From Blastocatellia bacterium (GTDB taxonomy: Bacteria; Acidobacteriota; Blastocatellia; UBA7656): DNA of 64,000 nucleotides. Positions 57,993 through 64,000 of this stretch are shown in pieces. Location: positions 1-64,000 of the forward strand of contig CAVXWP010000016.1 of NCBI GenBank assembly GCA_963765495.1. The letters are read 5' to 3'. The translations under genes were made by a program, and so were the position numbers. Under the pieces are notes generated by a model. The model was not told the origin of the DNA. It saw only the letters and a list, made by a program, of their open reading frames with translations, and made no database searches. How positions within the stretch are numbered: the stretch's first letter is position 1; every line of letters begins with the position of its first letter.

Positions 57993-58072
57993 TCTTTGCG
58001 TACTTTGCGACCTGACGTCTTGGCGAGCAATAGGTTCTCGCCCATATGTAAAGTACGCAAAGAAACGCAAAG
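57993..58072. repeat. CTTTGCG-type palindromic intergenic repeat
   Basis: CTTTGCGTACTTTGCGAC...AAAGTACGCAAAGAAACGCAAAG. Confidence 0.7.
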
Positions 58073-58226
58073 ATTCTTATCAAGAATGGAGCGGTTTCCA
58101 AGGCTCCTGGCAGACCAGTTTCCACCCCTCTTCTAACAAACTTGACTTGAACCCTCAAAAGCAATACCCTCGCTCGTGGCAAGCAACTCTCATCGACTGT
58201 AAACCGTTTTCACAGGAGTACCCTTC

Positions 58227-59321
58227 ATGAGCACACGCATCTACACGCTACCCGTAGAACAGACGCAATGGAATGTGGAAAGCCCCGGAGCCGTGACCGT
58301 CTTCAACTGGGAGTATGACAGCGGGCGCGACCGTCTGCTGGCTCTTTACGAAAAGGGCAAAAACAATCAATGGAACGCAAGCGCGAGAATCGACTGGTCG
58401 CAGGATGTAAACCTGTCGAACCCGCTCGGGTTCCCTGATTACTACGTCACGATTTACGGCTCGGAGATGTGGAACAATCTGGATGAAGAGGGCCGTGGCC
58501 GCGTGCGTCTTCATCTGGACGCATGGCGATTTTCGCAATTCCTCCACGGCGAGCAGGGCGCGTTGATCTGCGCCTCAAAGATCGTACAGACCGTACCCGA
58601 CATCGACTCGAAATTTTATGCTGCCACTCAGGTTGTGGACGAAGCTCGCCACGTGGAGGTCTATTCACGATACCTGCGCGAAAAACTCGGCCTCGCTTAT
58701 CCGATAAATCAGTATCTGAAGATACTGCTCGACCAGGCAATCACAGACTCGCGCTGGGATTTCACCTATCTGGCGATGCAGGTGATAATCGAAGGGCTGG
58801 CGCTCGCGGCATTCGGCACGATACGCGATCTTGCCACCGAGCCGCTCGGGCAGGCCATAAACGCTTATGTCATGCAGGATGAGGCTCGCCACGTTGCGTT
58901 TGGTCGGCTCGCCCTGCGCGATTACTATCCGCAACTGAGCGAGGCTGAACGCGACGAGCGCGAGCAGTTCGCCGTCGAAGCCTGCTACCTGATGCGCGAT
59001 AGATTCATGGGCGAAGAGATATGGCAAAACCTCGACCTCGACGTAAAGGCATGCGTCGAATTCGTGAGCCACTCGTCCTTCATGGCGCAGTATCAGAAGC
59101 GGCTCTTCTCGCGTATAGTTCCCACGCTCAAGGACATCGGACTGTGGGGCACGCGCATTCAAAAAGCATTCTCTGATATGGGCGTTATCGAATTCGCCGA
59201 AGTAAACGTAGAGGAACTGAGCAAGGCGGATGAAGAGGTGGCCGCCGAATTTGACCGGCTGCGCGCCGCCCGCGATGCTCACGTGAATGAAGTCATAGCA
59301 AGCGCCGCAGGTGATGCTTGA
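58227..59321 (+). CDS. ferritin-like diiron protein (AurF-like family)
   Basis: GEQGA, DEARH, IEG, DEARH. Confidence 0.88.
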   Translation: MSTRIYTLPVEQTQWNVESPGAVTVFNWEYDSGRDRLLALYEKGKNNQWNASARIDWSQDVNLSNPLGFPDYYVTIYGSEMWNNLDEEGRGRVRLHLDAWRFSQFLHGEQGALICASKIVQTVPDIDSKFYAATQVVDEARHVEVYSRYLREKLGLAYPINQYLKILLDQAITDSRWDFTYLAMQVIIEGLALAAFGTIRDLATEPLGQAINAYVMQDEARHVAFGRLALRDYYPQLSEAERDEREQFAVEACYLMRDRFMGEEIWQNLDLDVKACVEFVSHSSFMAQYQKRLFSRIVPTLKDIGLWGTRIQKAFSDMGVIEFAEVNVEELSKADEEVAAEFDRLRAARDAHVNEVIASAAGDA

Positions 59322-59355
59322 AGTGTAATTTGAGACCTGAGATTTGAAAGTTCGA

Positions 59356-60519
59356 ATGAAAAAAGTCCTCATCGTCCTCGCCGTCATACTCGTGCTCGGC
59401 CTCGGCATATTCTTTTTCGTAGTCCCTGCCCAGGTGGAAAAGAGCATGAACGCCACTCTCAACGCGCCGCCTTACGAGGCATCGGAGCGCGCAAAAGAGT
59501 TGCACAAACGATTGCTTATTGCAGACCTCCACGCCGACACCCTGCTCTGGAATCGAGACTTATTGGAACGCGGCACACGCGGGCACGTCGACATCCCGAG
59601 GCTCATCGAAGGAAATGTGGCGCTTCAGGCTTTCACCATCGTAACCAAGACCCCGCGAGGGATGAACATAGAAAACAATGACGACTCTACGGACAACGTA
59701 ACGCTTCTGGCCATTGCCGAGCGATGGCCCATTGCCGCCTGGAGCTCTCTGAAAGAGAGGGCGCTTTATCAGGCCCGTCGCCTGCGAGACGCCGCCAATC
59801 GTTCGGGTGGGAAATTTACTTTGATAGAATCGGCCGGTGATTTAACGGCTTACCTTGAACGGCGTAAACAGAACCCGGCAATCACGGCCGGTTTTTTAGG
59901 CGTCGAAGGCGCGCACGCGCTCGACGGCGATCTCGCCAATATAGATGTGCTCTACGACGCGGGCATAAGGATGATGGCTCCGACTCATTTCTTTGACAAC
60001 GACATAGGCGGGTCTGCGCACGGCGTAAATAAGGGCGGGCTGACCGATAAGGGCCGCGAAATGATAAAGAGGATGGAAGCCAAACACATGATCGTAGACG
60101 TAGCCCATGCCTCTCCCAGGACCATTGACGATGTTTTAGCCATAGCGACGCGACCGGTGCTTGTGTCACACACAGGCGTCAAAGGCACGTGCGACAACAC
60201 GCGCAATCTGAGCGATGCGCACATAAAAGCCATCGCCGCCACGGGCGGAGTGATCGGCATCGGATACTGGGACACCGCCGTATGCGGGCAGGATGCAAAA
60301 GCCATTGCTCGCGCAATCCGCTACGCCACAAACATCGCGGGCGTCGAGCACGTAGGTCTCGGCTCCGATTTCGATGGGGCCATCCCCGCGCCTTTTGACA
60401 CGACCGGGATTGTGCAGATCACCGATGCGTTGCTTGAAGAAGGATTTTCCGAAAGCGAGATCGAGATGATTATGGGCGGCAACGTCCTGCGCGTGTTAAA
60501 AGAGAACCTGCCTCAATGA
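59356..60519 (+). CDS. membrane dipeptidase (M19)
   Basis: DLHADT, GVEGAH, DVAH, SHT and GSDFDG. Confidence 0.93.
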   Translation: MKKVLIVLAVILVLGLGIFFFVVPAQVEKSMNATLNAPPYEASERAKELHKRLLIADLHADTLLWNRDLLERGTRGHVDIPRLIEGNVALQAFTIVTKTPRGMNIENNDDSTDNVTLLAIAERWPIAAWSSLKERALYQARRLRDAANRSGGKFTLIESAGDLTAYLERRKQNPAITAGFLGVEGAHALDGDLANIDVLYDAGIRMMAPTHFFDNDIGGSAHGVNKGGLTDKGREMIKRMEAKHMIVDVAHASPRTIDDVLAIATRPVLVSHTGVKGTCDNTRNLSDAHIKAIAATGGVIGIGYWDTAVCGQDAKAIARAIRYATNIAGVEHVGLGSDFDGAIPAPFDTTGIVQITDALLEEGFSESEIEMIMGGNVLRVLKENLPQ

Positions 60520-60538
60520 TTCGATAGCACAAAGAAAA

Positions 60539-60588
60539 TTTAGACAGGATAAACAGGATTCTCTTTTATCCTGTTTATCCTGTCTAAA
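60539..60588. repeat. ACAGGAT-type palindrome / bidirectional terminator
   Basis: TTTAGACAGGATAAACAGGAT...ATCCTGTTTATCCTGTCTAAA between convergent genes. Confidence 0.75.
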
Positions 60589-60603
60589 CAGTAATGCCGC
60601 TAC

Positions 60604-63342
60604 TCAGCGCGAGGCCGAAGGTTGTACCGGCCCGCCCTTGACCACGCGCAAGCCTATGTAGGCCGGAGCCGGTTCGCGTGTTCTGATCTTGGCATCGGCA
60701 GGCGCATCGGCACTTCCCCCCATCGCCTTGCCCCGCCCGTCTTTTGCCGTTACCCATTCGGCTACGTTGCCGCCGAGGTCAAAGGCCAGCTTATCTTCTC
60801 CCGCGCCTTTGAAGCTGCCGACTTCCTTAAGCAACGGGGCGCTGCCCGAAAGCGTAGAGACTTTCTTTTGCAATCGCTCCGCATCGTCGGGATTGATGGT
60901 GTAGCCCGCCCAGTAATCGAGCGTATTTTCAGGCCCGGCAGCCTTGCCGTATAGCATATCGCTCTCGGCTTCCGACGGGAGCCGGTACTCCTCACCCGTC
61001 ATCTTGCTGAGCCACGCCGCGTAGGCTTTGGCCTGCTCGAAAGTTATATTGTTGGCCGGGTAATTTTCCCGTCCCGGCTCGACCCTGTAATTCTTGTCGA
61101 ACTCGCCGTATTGCGCCTGCGTCACTTCGAATCGACTTATCTCGACCGCGCCGTGCTTTATCGTTTCGGGGATCAGGTGGCCTTTCTCCATCACGCCGTA
61201 ACGCCGCCCGTCCACCCGCGCGCTTCCGAGCAAGGCCGCAAGCGGCGAGTCTTCCTTCAACGCTTCGTCCTCTTCCTTGTAGGTCTTGAAAAGATACTTA
61301 TCAAACCACGCGAGTTCCTCTTCCATCTTGCGCCGCTGGTGCGCAAGCTTCTTTGGGCTGTGTTTTTCGCCGGGAAAGAGGATGAATCGCACATCGGTCT
61401 TGCCCAGTTGCTGGAGCGCGCGATAATGCAGCCACCCCTGTTGAGTCGGAACGTTTGTGTCTTCCGTTCCAAAGAATATGATCGTGGGCGTGGTCACACG
61501 GTCCAGCTTATAAAAGGGCGATTTCTTCATGTAAAGCTCAGGGTCTTCGAGAGGCGATTTGCCGAAATAGTAATTGTCAAACGACGCGCCGAAATGCGCG
61601 TTGCCCCAGTCGCTTGTCCACTCGACATCGCCCGCGCCCGCCGATGCTACCTTGTAACGGTTTGTAGAAACCGTAAGCGCGATTGTCAGGATCGAGCCGT
61701 TGGACCATCCCATAACGCCCAGTTTATCTGCGTCAACCTCTCCTCGCGCAATCAAATAGTCCACGCCCTTTTCGATGTCGGGGACTTCCAGATCGTAATA
61801 CTTGCCTCCGCTGATTGATTCGACAAACTTCAAGCCATAATTTGAACTGCCGTGATAATTTGGCCTGAGCACGAACGCGCCCCGCTCGGCCATCAGGTTT
61901 GGCTCATAGGCCCAGGACTCGTCCCACTCATCGAAGTCAGCGCCAGCAGGCCCGCCGTGAATCATCACTACGAGCGGGTATTTGCGGCCCGGCACATAGC
62001 CGTGCGGGTAATAGAGTATCCCCTCTACATCTTCATCAAGCGAGCCTTTCCACTTTATCACTTCCGAACGGGCTATCGTTTTCTGCTTGAAGCCCTCGTT
62101 CAAATTAGTCAATTGAGCAGGCGTATTGATCTGCTTGCCGTCGAGACGCGAGCGGTACCACTGACCCGGGGTGCTTGCGGTCGAATAAGAATAAAGAAGG
62201 GTCTTGTTGTCTTTGCCGAGTTCTACGCCAAAGAGGTTTTGACTGTGCGTGCCGGTGATCCAGTCGCGCTGCCACGAGTTGCCGTTTCGCGTATAGCGAG
62301 CCGCTCGATTTCGCGCGCCGTTTGCAACGAGCGCGATAAAGCCGTTCTCGGTTACGGCGTAATCGCCCGCAAGTCCGTTCTCCCAATCCAGGTCCACTTT
62401 CACCGGAGCGCCCGCCGCCAGATCAAAGTAGTACATCTGCGTGATGGTAGCGTTGACGTATTCGGGATGATTTGTGAACTCGCTTTCCGCGTAAAACCCT
62501 TTGCCGTCGCGTGTCCATTTGACATTGCTTATGTTGAATTTCGGATCGTCAAATATCTGCTTGCGACTGCCCGCCTTGAAATCATAGAGGAAGACCACGG
62601 GCTTGACCTTTTGATCGAAAATATATCGCAAGCTTCGGTCGTGAATCGTCACGGCGCGGCTGCCGTCGGGTGAAAGCTCGAATGCCTGTATGCGGTCTGA
62701 GTTGTCGGTGAGCCGCATTATCTTTTTCGACTTCAAAGCTATCTGAAACAACCGGACGGGCGGCGCGTGCTGCTCGTCTTCGACAAGCACGGAGGTGTCT
62801 TTCTTCTCTTTTATCTCTTTCTCGTAGAGTGATAAATCTTCCTGAGCCGCGAAGATGATCGTGTCCGTATCGGCCCAGTGAAAATTTGCAATCCCACGTG
62901 CAGATTCCGTGAGCGGCCACGGTTCGCCGCCAAACGGGTTGATCAGCCATATCTGCGGCTTTGGACCGTCTTCGTCATCGTCGGAGGGTTTATCCTTCGA
63001 TTTAGGGTTGGGTTTGGTCGAGATAAAAGCTATGGTCTGCCCGTCGGGCGACCACTGCGGATTGAAGCTGCTGTCGCCGCCGCGAGTGAGCTGCACCTCT
63101 TTCTGCTCGGTCAGGCTCGACAGCATTATGTTAGAGACGCGCTGGTTCTTATCCTTATCGCCTGCATTCTTGACCCAGACGGCCCATCTGCCGTCGGGCG
63201 AAATCTGAAATCCGCCCGCCTGCTCGCTCATTATCACATCGTCTACGGACCACTTTGGCGAAGCGGGCGCGGGGGGTTGCGAAAAGATCACCTGTGCGGA
63301 CAGGGCTAGAATGAAGAGAAATGCGACCAGAGCTTTTTTCAT
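60604..63342 (-). CDS. S9 peptidase (propeller + alpha/beta hydrolase) fused to a C-terminal FGE-like domain
   Basis: HGGP, GWSNG, DTNV, EKH; then EVTQAQY, RLPSEAE, GNVAEW and GLRVV. Confidence 0.9.
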   Translation of the reverse strand: MKKALVAFLFILALSAQVIFSQPPAPASPKWSVDDVIMSEQAGGFQISPDGRWAVWVKNAGDKDKNQRVSNIMLSSLTEQKEVQLTRGGDSSFNPQWSPDGQTIAFISTKPNPKSKDKPSDDDEDGPKPQIWLINPFGGEPWPLTESARGIANFHWADTDTIIFAAQEDLSLYEKEIKEKKDTSVLVEDEQHAPPVRLFQIALKSKKIMRLTDNSDRIQAFELSPDGSRAVTIHDRSLRYIFDQKVKPVVFLYDFKAGSRKQIFDDPKFNISNVKWTRDGKGFYAESEFTNHPEYVNATITQMYYFDLAAGAPVKVDLDWENGLAGDYAVTENGFIALVANGARNRAARYTRNGNSWQRDWITGTHSQNLFGVELGKDNKTLLYSYSTASTPGQWYRSRLDGKQINTPAQLTNLNEGFKQKTIARSEVIKWKGSLDEDVEGILYYPHGYVPGRKYPLVVMIHGGPAGADFDEWDESWAYEPNLMAERGAFVLRPNYHGSSNYGLKFVESISGGKYYDLEVPDIEKGVDYLIARGEVDADKLGVMGWSNGSILTIALTVSTNRYKVASAGAGDVEWTSDWGNAHFGASFDNYYFGKSPLEDPELYMKKSPFYKLDRVTTPTIIFFGTEDTNVPTQQGWLHYRALQQLGKTDVRFILFPGEKHSPKKLAHQRRKMEEELAWFDKYLFKTYKEEDEALKEDSPLAALLGSARVDGRRYGVMEKGHLIPETIKHGAVEISRFEVTQAQYGEFDKNYRVEPGRENYPANNITFEQAKAYAAWLSKMTGEEYRLPSEAESDMLYGKAAGPENTLDYWAGYTINPDDAERLQKKVSTLSGSAPLLKEVGSFKGAGEDKLAFDLGGNVAEWVTAKDGRGKAMGGSADAPADAKIRTREPAPAYIGLRVVKGGPVQPSASR

Positions 63343-63510
63343 TGAATGCTTCTCCTGGGATGAATTGATTGAGGATCAATTTTAGCGAGACGAGGCCATA
63401 TTTGAAAGCGGGATTCACAGGCTGAAGATAAAAAAACTTTCTGAAAGTATCTTTTCAAAATCGGAGAAGATTTGCCACAGAGGCACCGCAGACACAGAGA
63501 TTTGTAATAA

Positions 63511-63847
63511 CTGATGTTACGCAGTTCAAGATTAGGATTTGAGATTGACAAATCCTTAGCCGCCTTCAGGCGGCTTCCCCGAAGGGCAATTAGCCCAGTC
63601 GTTTTACGGCTGGTTTTGTGGGCTGCCGATTCTATTGAGCCCGTTTCAACGGGCTTATTTGTCAGGCTTTAGCCAAAAGGATGGCTAAAGCCTGAGAGAG
63701 AAGGACGCTAAAGCGCCCTTTAGATGAATCGCTAAAGGCACAACCGGCGCTAAAAGCGTCGGTCTAATTGCCCTTCGGGAAAGCCCGATAAATCGGGCTG
63801 AAACACTCGTCAAGTAAAAATCGAGGTTCTTCGTCGCGTAACATCAG
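63511..63847. mobile_element. 337-bp non-coding element with internal REP-like palindromes
   Basis: 12-bp TIR CTGATGTTACGC, 6-bp direct repeat TAATAA on both sides; inner AGCCCGTTTCAACGGGCT, GGCTTTAGCC/GGCTAAAGCC and TTCCCCGAAGGGCAATTAG/CTAATTGCCCTTCGGGAA. Confidence 0.75.
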
Positions 63848-63914
63848 TAATAATCTTTTCTCTGTGTCTCTGTGGCTACTGAGGAATCACGAGCGAGACT
63901 AAAACGAGATCGGG

Positions 63915-64000
63915 CTACTGCGAGCGGTAATTCGTAAACTGCATATCTATGCCAAAATCTTTCTCTTTCAACGCGGTTATCACCTGCTGGAGCGTGTCGC
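63915..64000 (-). CDS. yajQ: 3' end of YajQ-family protein
   Basis: DTLQQVITALKEKDFGIDMQFTNYRSQ*. Confidence 0.8.
   Translation of the reverse strand, partial: DTLQQVITALKEKDFGIDMQFTNYRSQ

Noticed and set aside
60604-61250. Diversity-generating retroelement targeting FGE-fold domains
   Set aside because: No reverse transcriptase or template/variable repeat pair is in the window.
1-64000. CRISPR array or cas genes
   Set aside because: No regularly spaced repeats with unique spacers and no Cas motifs were seen.

Overview
Bacterial chromosome window, most likely Acidobacteriota (Blastocatellia-like). This is inferred from the wHTH-TPR regulator, Oar-type TonB receptor, SBBP/BACON surface protein and vWA pair. 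There are three zones. (1) 1-5300: the end of a phage-like/integrative element abutting the 3' end of a tRNA-Ile2(CAU). It carries AT-rich cargo (C5 DNA methyltransferase plus GHKL ATPase), small early-type genes, an excisionase-like HTH, back-to-back sigma70 promoters and a candidate type II hammerhead ribozyme in the leftward leader. (2) About 5500-35150: a 29.6 kb accessory region bounded by a 23/24-identical direct repeat. It holds a MazF toxin hit twice (ISAs1 and a 218-bp MITE), IS3/IS5/IS982 elements, and redox/metal modules punctuated by three Crp/Fnr paralogues. These modules are cytochrome P460-FGE-TlpA-Rieske-cyt b/c-cyt c; thioredoxin-flavoprotein; an ArsM-like methyltransferase; and cyt c/SBP-SCO <> multicopper oxidase-SCO-secreted proteins followed by a RAPP leader and a truncated TonB receptor. 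(3) 35900-64000: more core-like genes (GT2, peptidases, vWA pair, diiron protein, yajQ end), a tyrosinase-LodA-ORF-LodB operon, and several families of intergenic palindromic repeats. Several single-base frameshifts in the left half may be assembly errors. All calls come from motif recognition by eye; no database search was run.
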